Source: Tetramitus jugosus
Lineage: Eukaryota > Protista > Heterolobosea
Direction: 5' to 3'
Length of the DNA: 64,000 nt
NCBI GenBank assembly: GCA_937625935.1
Contig: OW569346.1
Location: 496,001 to 560,000 of the forward strand
Shown: positions 11,439 to 22,536 of the stretch, piece after piece
How the letters are laid out: each line of letters opens with the position of its first letter
Numbering within the stretch: position 1 is the stretch's first letter
The notes under the pieces: model-generated
The model's database searches: none
Seen by the model: the letters and a program-made list of their open reading frames with translations, nothing else
What the model was told of the DNA's origin: nothing
Position numbers and translations under genes: made by a program

Positions 11439-13109
11439 ATGTTGCCGCAAAGATTCACAACAGTATTCTTATTGTTGTCTCTCCTACTTGTAGTTGTGGT
11501 GAGTGGTGAGAAGACAAGGAAGACTCTGGCAGGTCCTTCAAAGGTCAAAGGAGATGTAACAAGAGTCATGATGTTACCGTTGGATGAACGATTTACGACT
11601 CGTGATCTGTTCATCAACATGGCATCTATTGTTGATTCATATGAGGTACTGACACCTCCCACAGACATTATCTGTCATTGGAAACAGCCTGCGGACATTC
11701 CTGCGTTGCATGCCTGGGTAGACACTCATATTTCTCATGTTGATGCAATGATTCTGAGTTCTGAAATGTACTTGTATGGTGGTTTGATTGCAAGTCGAAT
11801 CAGCAATGACACTCTCGATGTCATATCGCAGAGATTGGATCGATTGGCAAACTACAAGAAAATGTATCCAAAACTCAAGATTTATATCACAAATGTGATT
11901 ATGAGAATACCTGCGTATAATGCTGATTTTGAAGAACCGTGGTATTGGGCATTGTATGGCTATGATATTTATCTTTGGTCTTTCTTGATGGATCGTTATC
12001 ATATGCTAGGCAACAAGTCTGACTATGAGAAGGCAACACAAGTCCAAAAGCAGATTCCAGATTCTGTCTTGAGAGAATTCTTATGGAGAAGGAACAGAAA
12101 TCATCAGATTACTGTCCAAATGTTACAAATGCAACAACAGAGCGCTTCTAGTTCGAAGTCACTATTCCAGAAAATTTGGATTACGTTGGATGACAATGCC
12201 GAGTATGGCCTGAACAAGCAAGAGGAGAGAGAGTTAAGGAAGCAAATTACGGACGAAAATTTGTGGAACCAAGTGAACATGTACCCTGGTGCGGATGAAG
12301 TCCAACTAACAGCTTTGTCCTTCATGTCGACAGAACTGAACAATTCTACCAATCCACCAAAGGTAGCCATTGTGTATCGAGATCCTTCAACTCGAGCATA
12401 CATTCCAAATTATGAGGGGCAACCATTGAATGTGTCGGTCATTGCCCAGACACATGCAGCAGGTGGTGTTGTTGTGTCGTCGGTCGAAGAATCAGATGTC
12501 ATCATACTGGTCAATAATTGGTCCACTGAACATCAACAGGAGGCTCCTAATCCACAAACAGCAGCGGACTACAATTCTTTCCTCCGTTTCCTTGCTACAA
12601 CGAACCAAGTCATTGTTTATGCTGATGTGAGATATTCAAATGGTGGTGACATTGCGTTCTCGCAGTGGATCTACTCTCAAAAACAACCGAAACTAGGACA
12701 ATTCACGTATGCTGGATGGAACACTGCAGGTAATACGCTAGGTACATGTATTTCTAACGGTATTCTCGTTGCTTTATTCTCGCACGTTGACTCTGGAGTT
12801 TTCAACAGCAACGCCAAATTTCAAATTTATCGCTTCCTGGAGGATGTGAATTATCAGGCAACGATCAGGACGTACTTAAACTCTTATTTGAGTAATGTTT
12901 CCCTTGATCCACCAAATAATTTGGATGTTGATGCACCATTTTATGAGAAGTTTGTTCTCAAGGGATTACAAACCGCTTTGCAGAAGATACAGCAGGATTA
13001 TCCACCATTGTCTGTTTTTACAGTTCAATCATTGTATTTTCCATGGCACAGACCATTTGAAATTGGATTCCAGGTGTCGAAGAATGCTCAAAAAGCTGTA
13101 GATGCTTGA
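11439..13109 (+). CDS. DUF4127 family protein with signal peptide
   Basis: PLDER, LYGGLIASR, YPGADEV, YAGWNTAGNTLG motifs; hydrophobic N-terminus. Confidence 0.8.
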   Translation: MLPQRFTTVFLLLSLLLVVVVSGEKTRKTLAGPSKVKGDVTRVMMLPLDERFTTRDLFINMASIVDSYEVLTPPTDIICHWKQPADIPALHAWVDTHISHVDAMILSSEMYLYGGLIASRISNDTLDVISQRLDRLANYKKMYPKLKIYITNVIMRIPAYNADFEEPWYWALYGYDIYLWSFLMDRYHMLGNKSDYEKATQVQKQIPDSVLREFLWRRNRNHQITVQMLQMQQQSASSSKSLFQKIWITLDDNAEYGLNKQEERELRKQITDENLWNQVNMYPGADEVQLTALSFMSTELNNSTNPPKVAIVYRDPSTRAYIPNYEGQPLNVSVIAQTHAAGGVVVSSVEESDVIILVNNWSTEHQQEAPNPQTAADYNSFLRFLATTNQVIVYADVRYSNGGDIAFSQWIYSQKQPKLGQFTYAGWNTAGNTLGTCISNGILVALFSHVDSGVFNSNAKFQIYRFLEDVNYQATIRTYLNSYLSNVSLDPPNNLDVDAPFYEKFVLKGLQTALQKIQQDYPPLSVFTVQSLYFPWHRPFEIGFQVSKNAQKAVDA

Positions 13110-13319
13110 GATGCTCCTCCTTTTTTGGAGTCTGATGTCGTTTTTGCCTATCCGGGTCATCTTTACAACGGATTGGGTTGTGATGTGATAATCTTCTCAC
13201 GGGGGACAAAAATAAGTGCATGGTCGTTTCGAGCTGGGCTCCTGTACAACAAACAAAACAAAGAACCCTAAATACCGAACCCACACCTCCAGAACAAATC
13301 AAATTACTTTGCATATTGA

Positions 13320-14219
13320 ATGAATAAAGACCAGAACGTGGTTCACGATTGCTGTCCAAGCATCACTACAGCTAGTTTAGTTCCAGGTGATCATATTTAT
13401 GTTTCCCTGGGCATGTTTTCAGGAACGAAGCACGGAGTCTATGTTGGTATGTGTTAACATTGTTGGCCTATAAACGTTTATTTGTGCTCAGACCATGGAT
13501 GCTCCTAGTCTGGAGTCTCAGTTGGTGATAAACCATCACATGTGAGTGTTATCCGAGAGGACTGGGAAATTCCAAAGCACACTCTGCACAATTTCTTGTA
13601 GAGACCAATTTTCCGACTTGTTCGCGCATTCTTTTTTTTAGAATTGCCCAATTTGTATTTACAGTGCCTTTATGCGTTAAACCTTTTAGGGTATCAGGGA
13701 TTTACTCATTGGATTGTCCACATAAAGGACCATTGTGTTGTTCAATCCGGACTGGACCAATTTTTAGAAGGTGGCGAACTGAAGAGGGCTCGATATGCAG
13801 TTTCAGCAATGCAAGCCACGATGACAAGGATCATCCCAGAGTCTTTCTATGGGTCGAACAACAAGGGTGATGTCGATGGTTGCATTTGTTACACTGATGA
13901 GCCAAACGATATTCATACGATTGTTAGCAGAGCTCTAAGTGCAGTTGACGATAGGGATGATCATCATGAATGGCGCAGTGATGGAGAGCACTTTGCCAAA
14001 TATTGTCGAACTGGGAGGATTGATGCCATTACCGGATCTCATGAACTTCACACTCATCAAGCTCACTCGAACGCTCATTCCATCTCCACACCTTCTGCTA
14101 GGACCAAACGAGCTTTCGCGGGAACTGCACTAGGAGCTGGTATTGGATTTGTTGTCGCCGGTCCTGTGGGAGGTTTGATCGGTGGTGCCATTGGAGGAAT
14201 AGGCCCAATGGTTGTTTGA
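13320..14219 (+). CDS. LRAT-like (permuted NlpC/P60) protein; exons 13320-13446 and 13690-14219
   Basis: PGDHI...KHGVYVG spliced in frame (GTATGT...TTAG) to ...WIVH...DGEHFAKYCRTG; C-terminal glycine zipper. Confidence 0.7.
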
Positions 14220-14657
14220 GTAGGATGGATGATGATGATAGCTTAGCATTGTGACACCGTCAAACAATTCAACCTCAAGCGACAAACTTTTTAGTAAGCA
14301 TATACTGGCGCCAAGTCGATGACTGTAGAATGAAACGAACAGGGTAAAGACTGAGTAGTAAAGACAGCATGTTGTTATCAGGTAATGAAAATGGTCGTTC
14401 GGTTGCTTGATACAACAATAAATTGAGCAGCCGTAGTCGGTGTTGCCAGTATCTATTCTTGGCTTCCACCTCCATAACACTTTTTGTCTCGCTTTGCTCA
14501 GGTTGTATTCTTGAGTGATCGGAGTGTTTGATCTCATATTCGAGATCACTCATGATATGAGTGAATACCACGTGTATTCGTTCTGAAACAACTGATACAT
14601 TCAAGCAACAACCAGATCTCTTGAACAGCCCAACTGCCATTGTGTTAGCTAAAGAAA

Positions 14658-15710
14658 ATGACTTCAAGAAATGCCCTAAATGATATGGTTATTTGTCTCA
14701 GTGGAAAACTGAGTTTGACCAGAAAGAAGTTTGAAGAATTGATCCAAAAGCATGGGGGTTCTGTTACTAGTTCCATTACAAAGAGAACCACACACCTGAT
14801 TACTACGGATGCTGATTTCAATGATGAATCAGCAAAGGTATTGAAAGCCAGAGAAATGAACCTTCCTATTCTCAGGGAAGAGTTCATTCATGACTTGATC
14901 AGAACCGAAGGCAACAGGGAACTTATGAAGTCAATGGAATCCTATGACTTGAATTTCCCTGCCCCAACAGTCAACGAAGGAGCGGTTGAATCACAACAAC
15001 CGATGACAACTCAAGAGCAATTACAGCAACCCATGCCTTCAGAGACCCCTGCTACCAACGACCAGAATCAAATCAAACCCACTACGGAAGAGGATTCTTT
15101 GCTGAAGAAGAGAGAACGAAGTCCAGATATCATCGCGGAAACTTCCAATTTAGAGCCAGAACCCAAACGCCTCAAGACTAGTGAGCCGACTACAGTCATG
15201 ATCGATCCAGAGTACACTGGTAACAAGGACGACAAGGTTTACTATGACGCAGTCAACAAAGTGTTTTACAGTATTGATTTGACCAAGGATGGTTCCTTCT
15301 ACAGACTGCAAATGACCACTTCAACCAGAACTGATGGAATGAAATATGGTTTGTTTGAGAAGAGTGGAGCTGAAGTAACAAACCAACCTGCAGTAGCATC
15401 AGAAACTGTATCCCAGACCGGAACGAGAGTACAAGTTTCTTCACAATGCAACTACATGGAGTTTGACAGCCTGGAGGATGTGAAGAAGGAATTTGAGAAT
15501 CGATTCCTGGAGAAGACCCAGAACACTTGGCAGGATTTCTTGGCAAAGAAGTTTACAAAGAAGGATGGCATGTACAATCTGAGCAATCCAGAAGAGGTTC
15601 TTTCCTTGGAAACCGAAGTCCTACAAAAAGAAAAGGAGATTGCAAGCAACATGATTGCACAAGAGCAACAACAACAAAGGGAAATGTTGCAATTGAGTAG
15701 TGTGTCTTAA
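14658..15710 (+). CDS. BRCT + WGR-like domain protein (PARP regulatory-module-like, no catalytic domain)
   Basis: BRCT motif ICLSGKL...IQKHGGSV...TTHLI. WGR-like FYRLQM...FENRFLEKTQNTW...KKDGMY. Confidence 0.7.
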   Translation: MTSRNALNDMVICLSGKLSLTRKKFEELIQKHGGSVTSSITKRTTHLITTDADFNDESAKVLKAREMNLPILREEFIHDLIRTEGNRELMKSMESYDLNFPAPTVNEGAVESQQPMTTQEQLQQPMPSETPATNDQNQIKPTTEEDSLLKKRERSPDIIAETSNLEPEPKRLKTSEPTTVMIDPEYTGNKDDKVYYDAVNKVFYSIDLTKDGSFYRLQMTTSTRTDGMKYGLFEKSGAEVTNQPAVASETVSQTGTRVQVSSQCNYMEFDSLEDVKKEFENRFLEKTQNTWQDFLAKKFTKKDGMYNLSNPEEVLSLETEVLQKEKEIASNMIAQEQQQQREMLQLSSVS

Positions 15711-15750
15711 GACAATAAATGGTGTTAATTTTACAAGGTTGACCATCTGA

Positions 15751-17511
15751 TTAGGCAGAAGTGGTTCTAATTTGAGCCAAATTGTCACTACCATACACTT
15801 CTAACTCATCCTCTACCTTGTCATTGTGTCCATTGGATGTTAGTCTGACACGATCTTCCTCTGATCCTTCTTCAATAGCTGGAGCGCTGGTATTCTTCTT
15901 CTGTACAGTTTCTCTGTCGAGCATAAATAGTGCCACACAGAATCCAACCATGTACAAACAAGAGATAATAATTGGCATCAGCCATGGGAACGTGAAACGT
16001 TGACTTGCTGAGTAGACAGTACCAGCAAGAATAGGACCGAACGCCTTCGATAGATTACCCATAGTTTGAATCGATCCCTGAACTAGACCCTGTTTGTTCA
16101 AATCAGTCAAGTTTCCGATCATACCGTTCAATGTCGGTATTAAGATCGTTCTGGATGCACTTGCGAGAAACGCATTGACACTCAGGATACAGATGACAAA
16201 GAGAGTGGACCACCAACTTCTCTGGAAATTGTTGAGCCAGTAAGGGAAAGGTGCCAGAGAGAACATGATCATATCAATAGCTGCACATACAGACGCGATG
16301 AGAAACATGGAATAAAGACCCAGTTTCTTCATCGCTGACTTGTAGATGGCAACCTGAAACACTGCACATGTCAACCCGAACACTCCGATATAAATTCCCG
16401 TACCCAGTGCACTGAATCCCAAACCATACTCTCTCAGACTTCCTTCGCTGATAATTGTCCACAGCGTAATACTGGCTGCATTCGAAAAGTAGCTGGAACA
16501 GAATAGCATGGTCACAATGAACATTGTACGGTTCAGATAAATTGACTTTAGACCGGAGGCAAAGTCAGTAAAGTACTTGAGAACAGCACCTCGAACTCTA
16601 TCACTACGTCCTACTTGGATAGGTCCCGCTTGCTCTCCTTGCTCTTCTTCTTCGTTCTGTTCATGAGATGAAGAAAGAATGTCCTTCAATTGCTTGTCCT
16701 TTAATCTTTGTTGCACAACCTTTCTATTTGTCTCGCTCAGCATGAACGACACAATGACACCGATGAAACAGATGCCTCCTGCGATGAGACTTGTAACCAA
16801 GTAAGGATTTCCATGATGCACCTTTCTCGTGATTGTCAACAATGAAACACCAATCAACGATGAGAAGGCTCGCGCAATGGCATACGTCGTTGCAATATAC
16901 GCCAGCATTAGACTTCTATTGTGTTCAGAGCTAATATCGGTCAATGCTGCCTTGGATGTCGCATGAATACCCCCGGCCAAACCCTGAAAGAAACGAACAA
17001 GTGCAGCCAACCACCAACTTCGAATCACTCCAAACGAAACCACACCAAAAAAGCTCGCAATCTGAAGCGCCACCATGAACCACTTTCGACCATAAATATC
17101 ACTCAAGTATCCAATCGGAGCCATCGAAATGCACTCACCAAAGAATAGAGCACTTGATATGATTCCGACAATGAGACTAGCATTGGATCCAGTGATGCCC
17201 ATTCGTTCTTCCACCATGAATGGTAGAATAGGTTCGATCAATGTCTGACTAATGGCACTTGTCGCAATGAGCAAATAGATGATGAGGGCCTTCCGTTTCA
17301 CGTGCCATGGAGTCTCTGGTTCACTCTTCATCTCGTTGTTGTTGCTGTCGTCTTCAGAAGAACTATTGTTGTTGTCCGAGCTTGCATCATCTCCTCCTTC
17401 ATCATATTGTAAGTCTTCATCCTCCTTGAAAGAGTGCACTTTAGCTTGGACTGGTGATACGTTGTTGCTTGATCCACCAGCATTTTGTGCTTCGGTAATG
17501 TCTATTGGCAT
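15751..17511 (-). CDS. Major facilitator superfamily transporter (ZIF1/TetA-like)
   Basis: Motif A GYLSDIYGRK; about 12 hydrophobic segments. Confidence 0.88.
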   Translation of the reverse strand: MPIDITEAQNAGGSSNNVSPVQAKVHSFKEDEDLQYDEGGDDASSDNNNSSSEDDSNNNEMKSEPETPWHVKRKALIIYLLIATSAISQTLIEPILPFMVEERMGITGSNASLIVGIISSALFFGECISMAPIGYLSDIYGRKWFMVALQIASFFGVVSFGVIRSWWLAALVRFFQGLAGGIHATSKAALTDISSEHNRSLMLAYIATTYAIARAFSSLIGVSLLTITRKVHHGNPYLVTSLIAGGICFIGVIVSFMLSETNRKVVQQRLKDKQLKDILSSSHEQNEEEEQGEQAGPIQVGRSDRVRGAVLKYFTDFASGLKSIYLNRTMFIVTMLFCSSYFSNAASITLWTIISEGSLREYGLGFSALGTGIYIGVFGLTCAVFQVAIYKSAMKKLGLYSMFLIASVCAAIDMIMFSLAPFPYWLNNFQRSWWSTLFVICILSVNAFLASASRTILIPTLNGMIGNLTDLNKQGLVQGSIQTMGNLSKAFGPILAGTVYSASQRFTFPWLMPIIISCLYMVGFCVALFMLDRETVQKKNTSAPAIEEGSEEDRVRLTSNGHNDKVEDELEVYGSDNLAQIRTTSA

Positions 17512-17893
17512 TGATTATATTCGGGTCTTGCTTTCTTATTGTTATTGTGAACCAAGCTCGAAAGGTATCTCAGGTTGTTGTTGAATTTGAGCACAGCCTC
17601 CGGAAAGAAAATCCTGCTTTTTTGAGCTCTCAGTGGTTTCCAACACCAAAAATAAGTAACTCGCGGTCTCCGCATCAATTCTTCCTCGCACAAATCAGCT
17701 GGAATTGCGTTTCACGCTAAGAATTTCAAACCTGGCACGTTTTGTGTTGTGGGTGCTCTTCCTTTTCACGCGTCTTCCAATTCCCCACAAGAAATTTCGT
17801 ACTGGAGCTCCATTGTTCGCCGTACAATCCATCCGAATCGGTGCGCAAATTTATGATGCGAAATTTACTACACAGTGTTGTATTCAACATGAA

Positions 17894-18496
17894 TTAAGCC
17901 GATTTATTTCGTTTGTTGCTATTGCTTTCTGTAGTCGAAGCGTTATCTGATGTAGGTCTTTGCTTCCGCTTCTTGTTCTTGTTCTTCTTACTTGCCACAA
18001 CAGTTGTACTTTGATTGTTTTCGTTTGTGTTGGACGTTTTACTCGTGGTGGTCTGATTCTGCTGATCAGCACCACCACTTGTGACTTGACTCAACACGTG
18101 TTGAACTTGCAAAATTCGCTTCTTATTGACACCGGCCGTCTTGGATCCGAATCGGGCACTCTTTGAACTCAATCCTTCATCCTCTGAGCTATTACCTTTA
18201 TTGTTCTTGTCATTGCTGTCATCATCACTCTCACCATAATCAACCAACAACCCCTTTCTCTTGTTTCTCTTTTTGGCACTGTGCTTCTCCAATAGGTTGT
18301 ACCGCAGATCTGAATTCACCTTTTCATTCGTGTGCTTTTTTTGTTCATTGGAAGCACTTTGAGTCAATTGACTGGCATCTAGGCCGGCTCTCTTGTTCTT
18401 GTGTCGGTCATCACGATTACTGCTACCACCACCACCAAAGAATTGTTGTTGCAGTTTGGATGATTGCTGTTGTTGTTGTTGCGTATCCTTTGTCAT
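17894..18496 (-). CDS. Basic low-complexity hypothetical protein
   Basis: 200 aa ATG-initiated ORF, K/N/Q rich, preceded by an A/C-rich UTR. Confidence 0.5.
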   Translation of the reverse strand: MTKDTQQQQQQSSKLQQQFFGGGGSSNRDDRHKNKRAGLDASQLTQSASNEQKKHTNEKVNSDLRYNLLEKHSAKKRNKRKGLLVDYGESDDDSNDKNNKGNSSEDEGLSSKSARFGSKTAGVNKKRILQVQHVLSQVTSGGADQQNQTTTSKTSNTNENNQSTTVVASKKNKNKKRKQRPTSDNASTTESNSNKRNKSA

Positions 18497-18648
18497 TTCG
18501 ATTTTTGGAGTTTGTTTGATTGTTCAAACAAACAGTTGAAGCGGAAAAATGTGAGACAGTCCAATTCACGCGGGGGAAACTACAGGACTGCTGATTGGTT
18601 CGAGCAATAGTTGTCCGATTCAAAGAGATCACTGGAAAATATTATAGA

Positions 18649-19803
18649 ATGGATACTCTGGGATTTAAGGATTGTGTGTGTGTCATAACAGGAGCTCTAA
18701 AGAGTGTTCTGACATTGCAGACGTTGGAAGATGAGTTCTTCTATGGCTCCTACGACGGTGCGATTCGGTCATTTGACTTGAAGAGTGGAAAGAGAACTCA
18801 AGTGTACAGAGGTCATAGAGCTCAAGTATCTCAATTATTGATTGATCAAGAGAAGAAAACAATGTATTCAGTGTCTCACGATGGAGAGATCAGATTTTGG
18901 AAGATAGGTGAAGCAGCAGAGTGCACTCGTGTGCTCAAAAATCCTCCCCTTACTGATCAACCTGACTATCAAGAAAAAAACCCAATCAATTGTATTGCAA
19001 TGTGTAGAACGCGTAGTATTTTAGTTACCGATAGAATGGATGGTACGTTGCTTGTCTGGAAGACCGATTCAGGAGAATTAGTGAAGGCATACTCCGGCCA
19101 TTCTTCCGTAGTTACGTGTCTGAAAATAGTTGGAAAGTATTTGTATAGTTGTAGCAGAGATAGTTTTTGTAAGGTGGTCAATGTCGATACAGATGAAGTT
19201 GTTGCGATAATGAAACCCTCTTCTTCTCCTATCAGATCCATCTGCATTCATAACTATTGGGTATTTCTCGGTTGTTCAAATGGAAAGATCTACCAATACG
19301 ATATAAGGCAACCAAGCCAGGTCGAAAAAGTGTTTAGAGGTCACTCTGAATCAGTGTTGTCACTGGTTGTATTTGAAAATTACCTCTTTTCTGGTTCTGA
19401 CGACACTTATGTTATCATGTGGTCCATTCCAGATGCACAAGCTGTGCACGTGTATTCAGGTCATACTGACGCTGTGTCATGCCTTTCAGTTAATTCTGAA
19501 GGAGAAGTTTTTTCTGGAAGTTATGATTGTTCAATACGAAAATGGGCAGTGACCGGTGTGATTCAATCGATAGAGAAAGCTAGTTTAGCTCCACCAGACT
19601 CTATTGGAATGAGAAGGAGTGCTAGAAAACGACCAACCTCAGCTCTCTCCAGTGCCAGAAGCTCATTAACAACACCGAAAAACTCTACTAGAGAAAGCAG
19701 CAAGAAAGTACTAAACGTGAAACCACCCACCAAATCTCCAAGCAAATCAAGAACAAAGAAAGATGAAGGATTCTTGTGGTCAAAACAAGAAAATAAAAAG
19801 TGA
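18649..19803 (+). CDS. WD40 repeat protein
   Basis: Repeated GH...S.S.D...W motifs; basic tail. Confidence 0.88.
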   Translation: MDTLGFKDCVCVITGALKSVLTLQTLEDEFFYGSYDGAIRSFDLKSGKRTQVYRGHRAQVSQLLIDQEKKTMYSVSHDGEIRFWKIGEAAECTRVLKNPPLTDQPDYQEKNPINCIAMCRTRSILVTDRMDGTLLVWKTDSGELVKAYSGHSSVVTCLKIVGKYLYSCSRDSFCKVVNVDTDEVVAIMKPSSSPIRSICIHNYWVFLGCSNGKIYQYDIRQPSQVEKVFRGHSESVLSLVVFENYLFSGSDDTYVIMWSIPDAQAVHVYSGHTDAVSCLSVNSEGEVFSGSYDCSIRKWAVTGVIQSIEKASLAPPDSIGMRRSARKRPTSALSSARSSLTTPKNSTRESSKKVLNVKPPTKSPSKSRTKKDEGFLWSKQENKK

Positions 19804-19926
19804 AGCTGCTATGTAACATTCGCGCTAAAATCCCTTCATGTAACGGTCGAACTTACGTCGCATTCCTCCTGCGCCGATCCATCTACACAAAACCATAAAC
19901 ATCAAAGCTATCATTGGGTTCAAGAA

Positions 19927-22536
19927 ATGACAGATAATTCAGAGGAAGATACTGAGAAACTCATCTTTGAAGGGAGAAAGAGAGGGATTTCATTCTCAGA
20001 GCATCTCGATGTTGCTGAGGACAAAGAGGAACAAGAACCATTGTTCGAGCAGCTAACTTGGATTTTTCAAACGTTTTCAGAGAGGCAGTACGAATTACAA
20101 CTGTTTACTAAGATAGTTAAAGGACATATTTGGGGATTTTCAGTGGAAGATGACTTTGTACCTGTGGAGTGCGTTCCCATCGACACTGTCTCTCAAGATA
20201 CAAGGGATACTACATGTATTGTTGTTACCCCTAGAAATGTGAAGTATCCATCAGAGGGCGTAATCAGCCCTAGTAAAGGGAGCACAATTATGATAAAATG
20301 TTCATCGGATAAGAATCGAGCCCTATGGCTAGAGGAAATTTCACGCAGTATGGAGCACTCTAACCATGAGATAGAAACTCCAGATATGAAACAAATATTT
20401 GAAATGGATAGAGTTGGTGCTCCATCTCAAGTATCTCTCATTCCCTCAGATATCGAAGAAAGACTCCAAGACGACCTAGTCCGGATTCTAGCAGATACAG
20501 AATCAATGATAGTTGATATCGGAAAGAGAAGTGATCTGAAGCTTGAACTGGAGCTCTTACGAGAAATTGGGGGTGGAAGTGATGAAGTACAGAGGATGGC
20601 AGGCGTGGCAAGAAAACAATTAAATGTTGAGAATTTAAAGGAGGAATTATCGTACTCAATTAATTATGATGAGTTCGAAGTTGAAATGGAAGAGGTGAAC
20701 AAGACCACTACTCAACTCCAATCATATTGTTCCTTCTCCAAAGAAGTTGAGTATGATTGCTTAGTGGCAAACAAGTTGTGGAAGGATCTCCAAATAATCA
20801 TCTCAGAAACTAAAGGCAGAAGGGAAACAGCAAAGAGGAGGAAACAAGAAGAAGACGAGAGGATTGAAAAACAAAAACTGGAGGAACTTAAAGTTAGAGA
20901 GGAAAAGAGACTTGAGGAAGAGGCCAGAAAGATTGAACAAGAAAGAAAGAAGTTGTTACAAAAGAAGAAAGAGGAGGAGAAGAGGAGGAAAGAAGAGGAA
21001 GAAGAACGGCTTAAACTTGATCAAATCAAGAAGCGGGAAGCAGAAGCAGAAGAACAGAAACATATCGATCTAGAGTCATCAAAGATTAGAAATACTTCAA
21101 TCAAGCTTGAAGAAGAGCTCGAACAAGAGGTTGAATCCAAGAATTCTGAAAGAAGAGAGAGATTATCAATTGAAAGAAGTGTATCCAGACTGGATTTTGT
21201 TAGAAAGAGCGATCCTGACAATTGTAAAACTGAAATTATAGAAGTCGAAGAGCCATCTTTGTTGGACAGAAGAATGATTAAAGAATCTCTCCAACCCTTA
21301 GATATCGAAACTACTGAAGAGGAAGAGAAATCCAACATTGTGCATAAATCTGAAGAGAACGATCAAGATGAGAAAGAAGTGAGAAGGAGGAGAATAGAGG
21401 AATTTCAGAGAAGAAGATCCCCAATGTCGTCTAAAATATCTCCCAATGATGTTCTCTTCCTACTAAATACTCCTTCCCGAAGGTCTCAGTCAGCCCAACC
21501 AAGTTTTAAGAGACCTCGATCTCCAACAAGAAGTGTCAGGAATACTGACGGAGAGGAGGAAACGTATCCAACAACCTTTAGATTATCCCAAGATACTGAT
21601 GAAGATTTTCAGTTGAACGAGAGAGATGATAATGAGATGATCGATAGAATCGAGTTTAACTTCGTGACGGAAAATGATGATTTCGTCCCTACCCATCACT
21701 TGGATCTAACGACAATTACTCCAGTCAAAGCCAAAAGATCCCAACCTCCACCAAAAGAATCTGCAAAGAAACTCCTGGACGGCATAAAACAAGAAATGAA
21801 AAAACAGGACGATGTATTGCTCTCTAGAGATGAGAACTTCCAAGTTTACAAAACCAAAGACAGCTCGCTAAAGGTTTATCGATCTCCAAACCACATCAAA
21901 CAGAGGATATCACCTAACAAGTATGGTATGAATACACCCTCCAAAACCCCTAATTCTCTGCAGATGACCCCTAGACCAACCAAACAATCACCCTCGGACT
22001 CCCTCTTTTCACCCTTAAATCTCTCCAAGATCCAAATTACGCCAACGAAACTCATTCATATTCAAAAGATGCTGAAGACAGGTCATGTGTTTTGGAAACA
22101 TTCATCCTCTGGAATATCAAAGAAAAAGTTGCAACATGTATTCCTATCACAAGACTCCCAATACTTGTGCTATGTCAAGCCTGATCTCAAAAAGGGAAAT
22201 CCCTTGTTGCAGGCTGTCAAGAACAAGCTTCCGGTTTCTTCGATTCGTTACGTGCAAAGGAATGGAGGTGCTGTTAAGATAAGAAGACAGGCTGAAACAA
22301 AGAACTTCCTCTCTGCAACGATTTTGGGAATTCGAAAAGATGAAGCCAAGGTGAATGCTGATTGTTTGTTTAGTATAGTAACTGATGACAGGACCTTGGA
22401 TTTAGAAGCCGCTACCCCAGATGTGGCTCAGTTATGGGCAGAGGTATTTGAAAAGTACTTCAATACGATCAATTCTTCCGGTGACACTCTGACTCAATTC
22501 AACACGACCCATATAATCCATCATCACTTTAAGTGA
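19927..22536 (+). CDS. Coiled-coil protein with C-terminal PH domain
   Basis: EK-rich coiled coil; PH motif CLFSIVTDDRTLDLEA...AQLW. The stop codon lies inside the left 16-bp repeat. Confidence 0.8.
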   Translation: MTDNSEEDTEKLIFEGRKRGISFSEHLDVAEDKEEQEPLFEQLTWIFQTFSERQYELQLFTKIVKGHIWGFSVEDDFVPVECVPIDTVSQDTRDTTCIVVTPRNVKYPSEGVISPSKGSTIMIKCSSDKNRALWLEEISRSMEHSNHEIETPDMKQIFEMDRVGAPSQVSLIPSDIEERLQDDLVRILADTESMIVDIGKRSDLKLELELLREIGGGSDEVQRMAGVARKQLNVENLKEELSYSINYDEFEVEMEEVNKTTTQLQSYCSFSKEVEYDCLVANKLWKDLQIIISETKGRRETAKRRKQEEDERIEKQKLEELKVREEKRLEEEARKIEQERKKLLQKKKEEEKRRKEEEEERLKLDQIKKREAEAEEQKHIDLESSKIRNTSIKLEEELEQEVESKNSERRERLSIERSVSRLDFVRKSDPDNCKTEIIEVEEPSLLDRRMIKESLQPLDIETTEEEEKSNIVHKSEENDQDEKEVRRRRIEEFQRRRSPMSSKISPNDVLFLLNTPSRRSQSAQPSFKRPRSPTRSVRNTDGEEETYPTTFRLSQDTDEDFQLNERDDNEMIDRIEFNFVTENDDFVPTHHLDLTTITPVKAKRSQPPPKESAKKLLDGIKQEMKKQDDVLLSRDENFQVYKTKDSSLKVYRSPNHIKQRISPNKYGMNTPSKTPNSLQMTPRPTKQSPSDSLFSPLNLSKIQITPTKLIHIQKMLKTGHVFWKHSSSGISKKKLQHVFLSQDSQYLCYVKPDLKKGNPLLQAVKNKLPVSSIRYVQRNGGAVKIRRQAETKNFLSATILGIRKDEAKVNADCLFSIVTDDRTLDLEAATPDVAQLWAEVFEKYFNTINSSGDTLTQFNTTHIIHHHFK

